Source of the DNA: Paraspadella gotoi
Lineage: Eukaryota > Animalia > Chaetognatha
DNA: 64,000 bases
Direction of reading: 5' to 3'
Assembly: GCA_051294375.1 (NCBI GenBank)
Contig: CM119266.1
Coordinates: 1,741,554 to 1,805,553, forward strand
Below the pieces are notes generated by a model that was not told the origin of the DNA, ran no database searches, and saw only the letters and a list, made by a program, of their open reading frames with translations. Each line of letters opens with the position of its first letter. Within the stretch, counting starts at the first letter, position 1. The position numbers and the translations under genes are program-made. Below, piece after piece: positions 1 through 12,880 of this stretch.

Positions 1-1
1 C

Positions 2-111
2 CGCCTGCGGTGCCGACGCAACGCTTGCGCCGGCCTCTCTGACAAGGAGGCGCTGGAAATTAAGAGGCTGAGGGAGGCCGTGCAGTCGGGAGACGCGGAC
101 AGGGTGGACAG
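2..111 (+). CDS. ANKRD54: ANKRD54-like ankyrin repeat protein, coding exon truncated by window start (RLRCRRNACAGLSDKEALEIKRLREAVQSGDADRVD)
   Basis: Open frame ending in AG|GTGAGA donor at 111/112; KRLREAVQSGD resembles the recalled human ANKRD54 KRLRDSANAND; phase 2 joins the next exon. Confidence 0.85.
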
Positions 112-149
112 GTGAGAAATACTGGTGACGGGTTCGGCACATTGAAGCC

Positions 150-226
150 GGAACCGGGATACGCAGGGATTGAACCCGGGACGCACGGTTGTAACGAGAG
201 GATTTAGCCTGCTCAGCCATTGAGAC
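150..226 (-). mobile_element. tRNA-derived SINE head / tRNA-like relic in ANKRD54 intron
   Basis: Reverse strand reads TGGCTGAGCAGGCTAAA (A box-like)...GGGTTCAATCCC (B box) at tRNA spacing; no complete cloverleaf. Confidence 0.6.
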
Positions 227-411
227 GAGGCTGAGGACGGACAGCAGTGAGGCAGCTTTAAGTCTTAAGCTTCGCGCGGTCAAACTTCAATATTCTTGTC
301 AATGTCCCTATTCTTTTATAATTATAAGCTTCGATTTATTTGATCGAATTGTCGATAGTCGTTTGTTTGGTTTCAAATTTTGGCTTCGTGTATAATTAAT
401 TTGGTCATTAA

Positions 412-633
<222 letters not shown>

Positions 634-770
634 TGAAATTACGAATGAATTTTTACGATGGATGAAAGCAATCAGTTGAGGCTTAAGGGGATAAAAAAAA
701 GATATTTCATAATTCTGACTAATTGCGGCTGGTAAGCGGAGAAAGTGTGAATAGCTCGAGGCATAGAAAG

Positions 771-858
<88 letters not shown>

Positions 859-934
859 CCACAACTCTTCATTCTATGCTTCCAATTTTTCTATCTTCCC
901 CTCCGTTTTTCTGTTTATCTCCTCCGCCCCCGAG

Positions 935-1001
<67 letters not shown>

Positions 1002-1085
1002 CCATCCACAACTCTTCATTCTATGCTTCCAATTTTTCTATCTTCCCCTCCGTTTTTCTGTTTATCTCCTCCGCCCCCGAGATTC
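859..1085 (+). repeat. 80-bp direct duplication (859-938 and 1006-1085) of the intron 3' end including the AG acceptor, separated by (CT)n
   Basis: Identical CCACAACTCTTC...CCCCCGAGATTC in both copies, offset 147 nt. Confidence 0.95.
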
Positions 1086-1231
1086 CCGTGGTGACGCTCT
1101 TGATCAAAGCCGGAAGCGACGTCTCCCAGATGGATCGCGCCGGACGAACGCCCATCAATCTCGCCCGGTCTCGGCTGCAGATGTTGCGGCAGACCTGCAC
1201 CAATTTGTCCCGCTGCGTGCAGATGGAGAAG
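1082..1231 (+). CDS. ANKRD54: ANKRD54-like exon (IPVVTLLIKAGSDVSQMDRAGRTPINLARSRLQMLRQTCTNLSRCVQMEK)
   Basis: Phase 0/0, 150 nt; GAG acceptor after pyrimidine tract, AAG|GTAAGG donor; DRAGRTP.xLA.S.L motif of ANKRD54. Confidence 0.93.
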
Positions 1232-2090
1232 GTAAGGAAGGGGAGATGGTGAGGGGTGGACTGGGGGAAGATGGGGGGAGGAAATTGATTGGTAGATAAA
1301 GATAAAGAGCTGCGTCGAAAATTAGTCGTGTTCTGACGGGAGGGACGATGAGGGACATACGACATACGACATATGGTTATGATAACTGTGATAACAAAGG
1401 TTAAGGGCAATAATGAAGGTTGCGAAGAATTGTAATGACTTACGATAAACTAGGAAATAATGATGTAAAGCGATGATGACTGAATTTTACATAATTTCAA
1501 CCGCGACGACGAACCTGCTGCTGCTGCCGCGTCGGCTGCGGCGACGACAACGAAACGCAACGACGCCGCAAGCAGCGGAGTTCATTAGTCTAGATCAAAA
1601 TTTTTTGAATTTTTTTTTTTCATCCGCGCGAAGAATGATCGCGACCCGCGTTCATCAGGCCCCCGCTGCCGTCGCGCTCGTTGGAAAAACGATATGCTAA
1701 TCTCTCGCGCTTTTTACTTTAAACTCTCTTCGTCGCGCATTATGCAAATCGTTTTTCGCTCCTTTTTTTTTTCTTCCGTAAATCACCTGAATTTCCCTTT
1801 CCCCCCCATTCTCCTCTCCTCCACCGCATCTACTTTACGATTTATTATTTACTCCGGTTATGGTTTTCGCTTCTCGCTTCTCGTATCCCCCTGTCCACTG
1901 GACAGTGTCCAGTGTCCACCCCTCTCCGCTTCCGATGTTCTTTAATATCTGCGTTGCTTTCGAGAGGAGACGGTGGGGGGCGGGGTGAAGGGCGGAATGA
2001 GAGGCGCGGTGATACCAAAGTTCAGCAATAAAAACGAACGACAACCCCCCCCTCCACGATTCACGGTTCTACTTTTTTTTTCTCTCTCAG

Positions 2091-2402
2091 GATCTGACGG
2101 AGGTGATGGATCTGATGCGCGCCTATTTGCATTGCCGTGGCGGCGCCGCCGGCACCAACGGCGACTCCGGCGCCGAATCCAATCTCGACGACCTCTGCGC
2201 CCTTCTGCGTCCGGTGGCGATCGAGCCCGGCGTCAAAACAGGCGCGGTCGCCGCCGGCGGGAACGACGGCGCGACCGCCGGTGTCATCGCCGATCAGATG
2301 GACGCAATATTGCGAGAGTTCGATCGGACTTGCTCGTTGCTGGGCGACGAGCGGAAGGGCGTGGGAGGAGGAGGAGGAGGAGAGGAGGAGGGAGGAGAAT
2401 AG
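2091..2402 (+). CDS. ANKRD54: ANKRD54-like terminal coding exon (DLTEVMDLMRAYL...NLDDLCALL...DQMDAILREF...EEEGGE*)
   Basis: TCTCTCTCAG acceptor at 2090; in frame with previous exon; MRAYL and LDDLC match the recalled ANKRD54 C-terminus (LREYL, LDDLC); TAG at 2400-2402. Confidence 0.9.
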   Translation, partial: DLTEVMDLMRAYLHCRGGAAGTNGDSGAESNLDDLCALLRPVAIEPGVKTGAVAAGGNDGATAGVIADQMDAILREFDRTCSLLGDERKGVGGGGGGEEEGGE

Positions 2403-3038
2403 CTAGTCATTTGAATTTTGGGTTAAGGGATGCCGGATGGGGGCGGGAGATGGGCGACTTTTTATTCCAGAATAACTTTTCTTTTTTTTTTCTCTCGTTT
2501 ATTTTCGGAATTGTTTCACTCCCCCTGGGTGTGGCGCATCGGATAGAAAATCGCGAAATTCTGCACAGAATTTTAAATTACGTCGTTTGTATTCCCTACT
2601 TTTTTTTTAAATTACATTTTAAGCAAAATGTATTTTCCTTTTTTTTTTATTGAATAATTTTTGCACAAAACTCTTTTTCCATCTCGTTTCCACTAGAAAA
2701 ATTATAATAAATCTGCTTTTTTTGCTAGTTTACTTAATACTTATTTCCTGCGACCAAAGAATAGAAGCAATATACAGAGAAACCACCCATTCGCACTTTT
2801 ACTTACACATTGTTTTGTTTTATAACTAAAATTAAGAATTAGTTTGGATCGGGTTTCAAAAATGATCTGATCACTGATGTTTACCTTTCATTGTCTTGTT
2901 TCATTTCATTTCAATTATTTTCCCCCAACGATCAATTTTTTTTCAAATACATAACAATTATTTCCAGTGATATCTATATATTGCTATTGTCCGTTATGTC
3001 TTTCGGTTCTGTTGTTAAAAATATCTTATGAAGTAGAA

Positions 3039-3044
3039 AATAAA
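3039..3044 (+). promoter_or_regulatory. Candidate polyadenylation signal of ANKRD54 (a second AATAAA at 2706-2711)
   Basis: AATAAA followed ~25-35 nt later by a GT/T-rich tract (GTTTTATTTTG). Confidence 0.4.
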
Positions 3045-5719
3045 GAAACGGTTTTGAATACTTCTTGGAGTTTTATTTTGAAATAGTAAGTAACTACGTA
3101 GGTATTACGTTAAGTTTTCGGTTAGAACCACAGAGTCATCACTAATAGTAATGCAATAGTTGAGAAAATTTGTCTCGCATCCCACGACCTTCTGACGGCA
3201 AAATGATGGAAACTAGTACAATTTGTAAAATCCTTACCCGTTAGCAAAAGTGAGGAATAGTCAATCTTCGCCATTTCTAGCTTAAATATTCGATATGAAA
3301 AAAAAATTGTTTTGCCAACAAAGGCTTCCATCGCAATCGATTTTTTAAAAGAATTTCTTATCTTTTCTTCTTCTTTGTTCTTTTCTTTTTCATTTTTTCA
3401 TTCCTGATTTTGTCTTTTTTTATTTTTCAAATTTTATTTTTCCATTTCGAATGTCGTGAGTCGGTTTTCAATGAAGTCGTCGTCGTCTTGAAAGAATTCT
3501 CGACAAAAGATAAGTCTTATTTATTCTCTTCGCTCCAACGCCCGACCTCAGACAGCGTTTAAATTTCGTTTTGAAATTGCGCGCCGCGCGGTTGACAGAA
3601 CGTCAGACGAGACGCTATTAAACTAAAGCATTTTAAAAATGCCTCCGCCAGACTCGAATGATTCAATCCAAGAAGAAAATGATCCAAATAGTGTTGTTTT
3701 TTGCAGCGCGTAAGAACCTGGTTATTTACTGGTGTAAAGAATTGAAATAGCAAATTTTCGTTTACATGCAATGATTGTTTTTATTTAACATGAAGCCTTT
3801 CAACTCCACTAGAGTGTAAACATGTACAACAACAAAACATGTACGATTTTCCGAGCATATTTCATATTAAATATAAAACAAAAACCTTGATTTTTCCGCC
3901 TGTAAAAAAAAACAAAAAACAAAACACTCCTACTCCTAGCATTTTTCATGCAATTCTTCCTGAACCATCAACTGCCATGCCCTCGCTCACCCTAGCCCAC
4001 ACCCTCCACCCACAATGGGGGCGCCAATTCTAAATTATCTCTTCAGTTTAGTTTTGATTTCCTTCAATCAAAGTCCTGGTTACAGACTTCTCGCGAACGG
4101 TTTATCGTTATTTACGTTCCTACGATTCGGGGTCTCGTAAATCTTTCACGCGGTAGCGATTCACTTTATCGATTTTTTTTTTAATTATTTTTTTTAAGAA
4201 CTTAATATTTTTTAAGACGAACTACAAAACATTTTAAAAAGTTTTATGATCATTTATTTGCTTTTTTATTCTTACTCGATATGATATGATCAAAAAGTAT
4301 GATTGACAAAAAAATTAAGCAATGAAATTAGAAAAGTATAAAATATAAAAAGGAATTATCAGTAAGAAGTTTGAAAAAAATTTCTAAATGATGACAGAAA
4401 ATAAAATTTCAGAAGCCAATCTAATACTAAGAAAGTGACAAGGAAATTAAATAGAAAAAAGAAATGAAAGAAATGGGGTAGACACATTAGAGGTAAAAAA
4501 TTGAAGAAAACCGCGACGCATGAGGAAGTAAAAAAAAGAAAGAATAAAAGGAGAAAGAAAAAGAAAGTAAAAAGGAAAAGTTGTTTTCTCCGTCTCGTGA
4601 TTTACGGCGGAGTTAAGTCTTCACCATTAATTCACTTCGCAGAGGCGAAGTCTTCTTCGCCGCCGACACCCACGCCGACGACGCTTGCCGACGCCGCCCG
4701 CCGACGCCGCCGACATCAACCGGCCGCCAAGAGGCGCCGTCGTCGAGACCCGCCAGCCGAAAGCCGCCGTCTCCCCCGCTCGGGCGCGGCAGAGGGAGAG
4801 CGGGAGACTGGACCCGGGGATGGCTGGATTCTCGGGTTCGAATCCGGATGCTCACCGTTGCCCGCAATCCGGACGAGAACTATTATCATTATTAAAAACT
4901 GTCCAACTATAAGTAGTTCTATGTTATTATCTTGTAAGAGGGATGGAGGCCTAAATCCACCATAGCCTGTCCAAAGTCAGGGGCCAGATTAAATGACTGG
5001 ATAATTTTTATAATGGTTGAACCGATTTCATATAAAAAATAGATAATATTCATATTGATGTATCAATTTCACAATTAATTCTAACCCTCACATCGTCTCT
5101 TTCCCCTCTGCCCCATGTGCCCTCGCCTTCAAATGAAAATAGGACAGAGACAGAGTCAGACAGAGACAGAGACAGAGACGATCTTATTCTTCGGGCCAGA
5201 AAAGTGCGTGAAATGTTCGCGAACGTCGATTTTGTAAAATCTCTTCATCCGAGTCTACGACGACGACGACGACAACAACGACGACGTAGAATGAAGTCTG
5301 AACGAATGATGAAGCCAACGACGACGATGACGCTAACGACGAAGCCGCCGCCGTCGCCGACGCTGCTGCCGCCGTCTCCGCCGCCGCCGCCCTCGCCGCC
5401 GCCGCTAACCAATTTTCGGTGTTTATCCCAAATCAGCGGCGACTTTCGGAGAGAGAGGGCAGTTCTCTCTTTTTTTTTTTCTTTTTTTTTTCTTTTCTCC
5501 TCTTCATCCATTTTTTTTACTTATCCCTCCTATTTCATCAACGTCTTTTTTTTCTTTATCTTTTCCTTCTCTTTCTTTTTCCTTTTTTCTTCGTCCTTTC
5601 CTTTTTCTTCTCTTTTCTTTTTTTTTCTTTTTTTCTTTTTTTCTTTTTTTCTTTTTTTCTTTTTTTCTTTTTTTCTTTTTTTCTTTTTTTCTTTTTTTCT
5701 TTTTTTCTTTCTTTCTTTT

Positions 5720-5763
<44 letters not shown>

Positions 5764-6917
5764 TCACCACATCTTCCTTTTCCATTTATCGCTCTTTGAA
5801 ATAAAAGGTCTAGTATAAATGTCGCAATGTTTTTGTTTTTTAAGATCTTGTTATATGCAAATATTTAATGTTGTTCAAAGCTGCAAATTATATTTCGATA
5901 CACCATCGATTTTAAAAAAGTTTCGTTATAACGCGCCTTCCTAATTTTTTTTTCTTACAAAAAACCAAAAACCATTAATAAACTCGTAAAACAGAAAAAC
6001 TTTCATATTATGTTTTGTGTTTTTTTTTTCTCTGTTTTTGTTTTGGGTTTTTTCTCTTCCGCGCAATTATTGCGGGAAAACAAAAACTTCAGGCGAAAAT
6101 AAAAGTTGAAACGACTTTAGGGAGAGAGAGTGAAAAAAACAAATCTTTTAGACTTGGAGTATTTGGCGCGCATCGGGCCAGGGGTGAATATTTCGTAAAA
6201 TTAGTTTCTACTGTAAAATACTCTGTGTAAAATCAAATACTGAGTCGACTTACTTTAAAATAGTATTTAAAACGAGCATTTTTTTTTTATAAATCAAAAC
6301 ATTGCGATTTATTCTCCTCTTTCTTTTCATCATTATTTCATCACTTTTATTTTTGTACTATACGCTAAATTTATTTTTAAGATAATTTAAATTTTTTAAA
6401 TATATTTTATCATAATCCCGTTAACGTCGTTTTAATTTTAACGATCGAACGACTCGCGAAACTCATAAATAAAAACATTAAATCTTCTCGTTCCGACGTC
6501 CGTTCGTCGTTAAACAAAAACGATCGACATTGAAACGGATTTTTTTGGGGGATCGAACCCCGACCTTCGCCTCCAAAAAAAAAAAAAAAAAACAAAACAT
6601 TCTTCTTCGTCTTAGTTAAAAACCCGCGTTTAAATTGACCTTTCGTATATTTTCCCTACCTCATTCGTTCCTCCATCGAATTGTTCGTCACATTTCCTCG
6701 CCCAATCCCACCGTTCCAGAAGGCGGAGTTGAGACTTCCCTTGACCCCACTCTTACCGTCTTCTCTAACCACATTGTTGTACCCCATTATTGATCCCCCA
6801 CCGTTCGATTCGACCCCTTTTCTTCTGACCCTTTTAAAACATTTCCGTTCATTCTCGCTGCCCTTCCCCCCCCCTTTCTCCCCCCCACTTTCGCTCCTTG
6901 ATCAGAGACTCAATATT

Positions 6918-6967
6918 TGACGTCATCCCCGCCGATCCTTTTGATTTGACCTCGTGACCTTTGACCT
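6918..6967. promoter_or_regulatory. CRE palindrome plus three perfect TGACCT half-sites (DR2 + DR1 arrangement)
   Basis: TGACGTCA at 6918-6925; TGACCT-CG-TGACCT-T-TGACCT at 6947-6967. Motifs are seen directly; function is inferred. Confidence 0.35.
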
Positions 6968-7175
6968 TGCGCCATGCCCCCATTCCGTCCCTCCCACGGA
7001 GAAAAAAAAAAACTAGTCGCCATATAAAAAAAACCGTCTTGCGACTTACCTTGGTTTTCAACACGAACCTTACCTTAACCTTTTTTTCGTCCGTTCTTCA
7101 ATCTTACCTTAACCCGGTAACCCGATAAATAATATTAACCTGTTTACCCCGAATTTTTCTCTCTCTCTCTCTTTT

Positions 7176-7278
<103 letters not shown>

Positions 7279-7481
7279 ATATCTGGACCGGAATTCGGTG
7301 TCATTTGACTATATTGCACTTCTAATATAATATACATTTTCACGATGACAATTATAATAACTTTACTGTCTATAATATAATAGTTATAAACATTCATTGT
7401 GAAACGACTGACGACGACGTCTTTTTAAAAAATCCGAAATTCGTGGGGTTTATGTTGTTCAGTCTCGTTGCGGCGTGGATG

Positions 7482-7548
7482 TTAGAGAATCGGCTCAACC
7501 ATGTGAACGGAAGTTGACTTTTTGATGGTGAGTGAGATCGCGTTTCGT
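7482..7548 (-). CDS. Putative last coding exon of an uncharacterised small gene (RNAISLTIKKSTSVHMVEPIL*)
   Basis: Strong acceptor TTTACTTTTTACTTGTCCTTCATTTTAG on minus strand; reading frame depends on the upstream exon set; no homology recognised. Confidence 0.35.
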
Positions 7549-8152
7549 CTAAAATGAAGGACAAGTAAAAAGTAAATCCATAAAAATTCGATCATCAGTA
7601 ACGCGACAGCGGCAGCCCGAAGCGCGACCGGCTGCAATTTGCCTTTTCACCAAAAGAGATTGACAATGTCCGGTCTCGGTATTTAGCCTGTTTTTTCTTG
7701 TTTGTTGTAAATAACCATTTAACAAGGTACTCCGTCCCTTATGTTCGCCTCGCAAAGGGCACGATTTTCATTTTTATTAGTTAACCAACAGAAAATAAAA
7801 AAAACTCCTCGGATCGCCTATTTTCCCTTTCCTTATTGAGACCGTAGTCTCTAAATTGCTCAGGTGGATGTAGGGAGAGAGGGGAGGAGAATAGAGATGA
7901 ATGAGAGAGGAGAGAGAAAGAAGAGAGAGGAAGGAGTAGCGAGTATACGATCACGTAGGCAAAAAATAGCAGAAACGCGGAGAGAAGAACGAGAGAGGAA
8001 GGGAGAGAGAGTTGGGGAGGAGAAAGAGAGAGGAGAGAGAGGAGAGAGATTAAAAAAAAGAGGTTGGTCTTCCATGATTATGTCATCGTACATTCGTAAG
8101 TCTTGTTCAGCGTCTGTCTCGTCGTCGTCGTCGTCGTCGTCATTCCACTCAC

Positions 8153-8197
8153 ATCTGCGCGCGTGAAAAACGTCGATCCGGACACGAGGCGTCGAGG
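8153..8197 (-). CDS. Putative 45-nt internal exon of the uncharacterised small gene
   Basis: Acceptor CCTTACCCTTCCTTACCACAG and consensus donor GAT|GTGAGT; open in all three frames. Confidence 0.45.
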
Positions 8198-11100
8198 CTG
8201 TGGTAAGGAAGGGTAAGGTTGGGTGTAATAGGGGAGCGCCTTGGAATGCGGTGTGGGTGAGGCAGTTACATGTTAAGTTCTTGGGATCGAGCAGGTGTAA
8301 GTTTTCGACAAAAATTCGGGGGAAACAGCTGTGGAGGTCAGGGCGTCTCCCCAGGATCGAATCAAACTGTTATGTTGCCACGCCCACTTCTAAAGTTGCT
8401 AGCAATTGGCAAGAAATGTCAGTGTATAAGCGCGTAAAAGTTATCGCGACTTGCGTGCAAAAGGGGTCATCTGCGTGCACTCATGTTTGTGACCCGGAAA
8501 ATTAACAACAAGACCGATCTTTGATGGAGAGTGGGCGGGATGGGAGAGAGAGGCCACGGGGCAGGGGTGGTAGGCGGGGAGGGGAGGTTGACATGGGCGA
8601 CGAGGGGTCGTCTCGCTGGAGGAGAGACGCCGAAGGGGGAGCGAGATCATTTTGCTTCTCTGACCGACGGGCGGCATGGTGGGGATTAAAGTCACCACTG
8701 CAATTGGGCAGTTTTGTGAAATCAGTCTCGTGAAAGAGAAATCAGCTTCACACGTCTTTGAGACGATCGGTCGGTCTATGGGTTGGTCGGTGATTGATCG
8801 GCCATTCTTTCGTCTTATAGTTACTAATACTAGATAATAAATATAAATCTAGAGCGTTGAGAACCGCCCCTCTGTCTTGGGAGTCCAACTTTCGTATGAA
8901 ATAAAATCTTTTGTGTCAAGAAAGATGCGTCACGCCTGAACTCTCTTTCCCCTTAAACCTCGTCGACTTTTTCAACTCGAGAGACGAACTTTCGCTCGTC
9001 ATTAATTAAAAAATCTCCTTTGACGAATTAACTTCTAATTAAATTTTAAGATTTTATTATTCGGTTTTATTCGAAATTAATTTGGAATCGGTAGGTTGAT
9101 CGCGAAATGGGGCGACGCGCGCGATGACTCATCGTGATTCGAGGGTGGAGATCGAATGGATCCATCGATTTTAAGGCAACCACATTCTTTTCTTCGGAAA
9201 AAGATTAAAATCGGAAAATAATAAAAAATGCAGAAAAAATTATTCATTATTCATGCAAAAACAAACCGGTTTTATTTATTTTTTTGGTCGTTTTTTACTT
9301 AATAGAACTTTTTCTCTTTCTTTCACTCTCTCTCTTTGTTTCTTTATTTTTTTTTTCGAAGTGACGAAACGTAAAATTATTTAAGAGACAAAGCTTGTAC
9401 CACAACAATCTGGAATTCAATTTTTTATTGAAATTTCCAGGTGCAAATCAACCTATCGGTAAAACTTTAAAATTGAAATGAAATTGATAAAAAACTTTAA
9501 ACTTTTTGATGAATTTATTTCTGCTTTTCTTTCAAATTAACTTTTTAAACGTTATCCTATTATATTTCTTCAGGATTGGGTACCACCCATCATGGTCCAT
9601 TTAAACAACCTTAGGATTTTTTTAATGATAATCTAAATTAGTTTTTATAATTATTTTTCAGTCATCATATTTTTATTGTAGATGAAGTTTGGTCCCTGAT
9701 TCAAATTTGATTATATTTATTTTTTAAATACTTTTTGTATTTTTGTTTGTCCTTGCTATTTATATTTATCCGGTGTTAGATATTTATCAAAAGATTAGCA
9801 AACTTAAGAATAAAATATGTTAAATCAAAAGGCAATAAATAATTTTAGCTTATTTTTCATTACTTTCTATCATTATTGCCAAGCACAATTTTTTTTGTTG
9901 CCCTTAAAAGTCGACCTCTGTTTGCACCCTTCTTGCTCTCAGATATTCTCACAAGCGTTTACCGATGTGATTGCTCTGAACCTTCAAACACTTTTGACAT
10001 CAACTAATTATAGTACGTGCAAACCTGATGCTTTTCTCAACTAGCTGGATATTTGTCTCGTTGGTATCTAACATTACTTTCTGAGTCAGTCTGTTTTGTT
10101 GTTTTCTCGGTATCTAATTCTTTACACTCATACTTTATTAATTAGCTATGGCATTTATCATCGACGATCTCAAAATTGGTCTCTTTCTTCTTGGCCACTC
10201 CTCGTCTTAATTAAGTTTCGTCCTTCTTGGACCTCTGCCCTTTTAATTCGTCTCGACCTTTTTCGGCCTTAGCTCTTCTAATTGGCCTCAGACTTTCTCC
10301 AGTCATCCTGCTCCGATAATTAGAAGCCACCGAGAGACACGACAAAACTTTTCTCGCGCGCTTCAGTTTTTTCTTCTTTTATTTTTCTTTCTTTTTTTTT
10401 TTCAGAAGTTTACGGCTTCGAAATTAATGCGCGAAAGAAAAAAATTCTGCCTTGCTCGAGGATCGTCAGAATGTTTTATTAACAGTAAACTTTTTGCAGA
10501 CAACAGTATTTAGATTCTTCTTTTTAAGTCATTAACTCTGGATAAAATAAAAAGTGAATCGGTACTGAATCCCTACGGGCGATATAAATTATCTATGAAA
10601 AAAACTACGCTCTCCGAACTGTACGAAGAATGAAGATATTTTAAATTTTAAAAAAGGAGAAAATTATCACATTAAAAAAAGGTTTTTTTTTATTGTCCCG
10701 TAACTCAAATTGTTTTAATCGCCAAACAACAGTTTGATTCTTTGCCGCCTGTAAAAAACTGTCAACCAGGCGTCGAACAGCGAGTGTCGCTCATTACGAA
10801 AACGTTTTTACTCAAGAATTCAACCGTCTTTTTTCCCCATTTTTTATTAAGAATCGGCGTCGTCGTCGTCGTCATCGTCATCGTCGTCGTCATCATCATT
10901 ATGGTCGTCGTCGTCGTATACCAACACAGGTTGGGTCAGTTTTCGTGTTGGAAAATTCGCCGGAAATGTCAAGAAAAGAGAAAAAAGAAAGAAGATTAAT
11001 GCCAAATCTAATTATTCCTCCGTTCACCCTTTATTTTTAAACGAATTTCCCTGTACTATTACGCGTTTTAACGACAAAAAAAAAAAAAGAAAAGAAAAAG

Positions 11101-12281
11101 AAAATATCGGCAGCACCGAGAATTTCGAACGATTCCTCGCGTTTTTTCTTCCGCGAAAAACTATTTTTATTTCCAAAATTAAAAGGATTTTTATATTCGT
11201 TTTATAACCGTTTATCTTTTGACCCCGAGTTCAATATTCTGGGCGATTTAGCTTCAATTTAGGCTAATTTTTTTTCATTTTTTATTATACGTTGAGGGGA
11301 AGAGAAAATATGGGTAAGACAAGGAGGAGAGGAATGGAAAGATACTGTATGGTGAGAATTAGAATGAGTAAATGAATCATTTAATGATCGAGTCAAAGAT
11401 TCAAATGTTTAAAAGAATTATCAAATAAATAAATAAATGATAAAATAAATTAATTAAATAAATGATTGAGTGAATAACTGATTGAACGAATGTAAGAATG
11501 AACGAGCGAAGGAATGAATAAAGAAAAAAGATAAAAAAAATTAACGGAAGAAATAAAAAAAAAAGAAAAAAAAAGTAGAAAAATGAAAAGAAAGCAAAAG
11601 ATGGAACAAGACTAAGAATCGCGAGAGCAAGTGAGATAGCGTTAAGGGGCTTCTTCGGTTTTCTTCCTCCTTGTCGCCACTTCCCCAAAAAAGAAAAGAA
11701 AAGAAAGAAATATCGAGAACGACATGAAAAGAAAAAAAAAAGGAGATAAATATTTGATTTTTTTTCCTTCTCGTTCTCTACATCTTTTTTTTAATTCTTT
11801 CTCATCTGCTGCTTACGATTCTTTTGTAAGTTTGAATGTATTAAGTGATATATTTGTTTATATGTGACTCCAAGCGCATATTATGTATTATTATGTAATT
11901 ATTTTTCTTTACCTAAAGATTTCCTTAGTTACTTTCGTTTCATGATTAATTCGATTATTTATTATTTACCCACGTACTATTTTTATAATATAACAATTTG
12001 TCACGTACAATTATCACTCTGAATTAATTTTTTATAAAGGAATTTTAATTCGACATATTTTTTCTTTGTTAAGTATAAATTGTATCGCCTTTTCCTTCTC
12101 ATTCTTTCTTATTTCATTTTTTTCCTACTTTGTTATACTATCGTTTTCCTACTTCTTCCTTTTCCTTTTTCCTCCGCGTTAATATGATCATATTTGCATA
12201 TATTTTATGTACATTCATAAATATTTACTTTCTTTGTTAATATTATCCGCTTCCTCTTCTCATCGTCGTTCCATCTTCGCT

Positions 12282-12366
<85 letters not shown>

Positions 12367-12476
12367 AGAATTTGTGGCGAATTACGCCTCTTGTTTTTTT
12401 ATTTTTTTTTATTTATTTTTCGCGGTTTTTGTGCTTTTTATGCCTTTTATGCTTTTTCTTGGCTCGCGAATGATGA

Positions 12477-12512
<36 letters not shown>

Positions 12513-12880
12513 CCTCTTCCTCTTTTCAATCCTGGAACGCAGCAAGGGCATTCCTATTCCTATTCCCACCTTCACGCCTTCACTGTTAACAGTGAACACC
12601 CCTTGCGTTCCTCTAGCGGTCATCCGAGACAGTCTCCCTTTCTTTCATTATTAGATCTTTTTATAATGACGCATTTTAGTATTTTAGATTATATTTAATT
12701 TAAATTTAATATTATATTTGAGCTAACCCAATATCCTTTTTTTTCTCACTCCTTTGTCACTCCTAGATTCCCCCAAGGCACTCACTCCATTCTTCTATCA
12801 TAAAAATAGAGTCAACACCCTCGACACAACTCGTCTGTCCCCACCCTCTTTTCTTTTTCTTTTTCTCGTAACCTTCTCCG

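Noticed and set aside
7045-7142. Interstitial telomeric (TTAGG/TTAGGG)n
   Set aside because: Only a few degenerate AACCT/TACCT words, no regular array.
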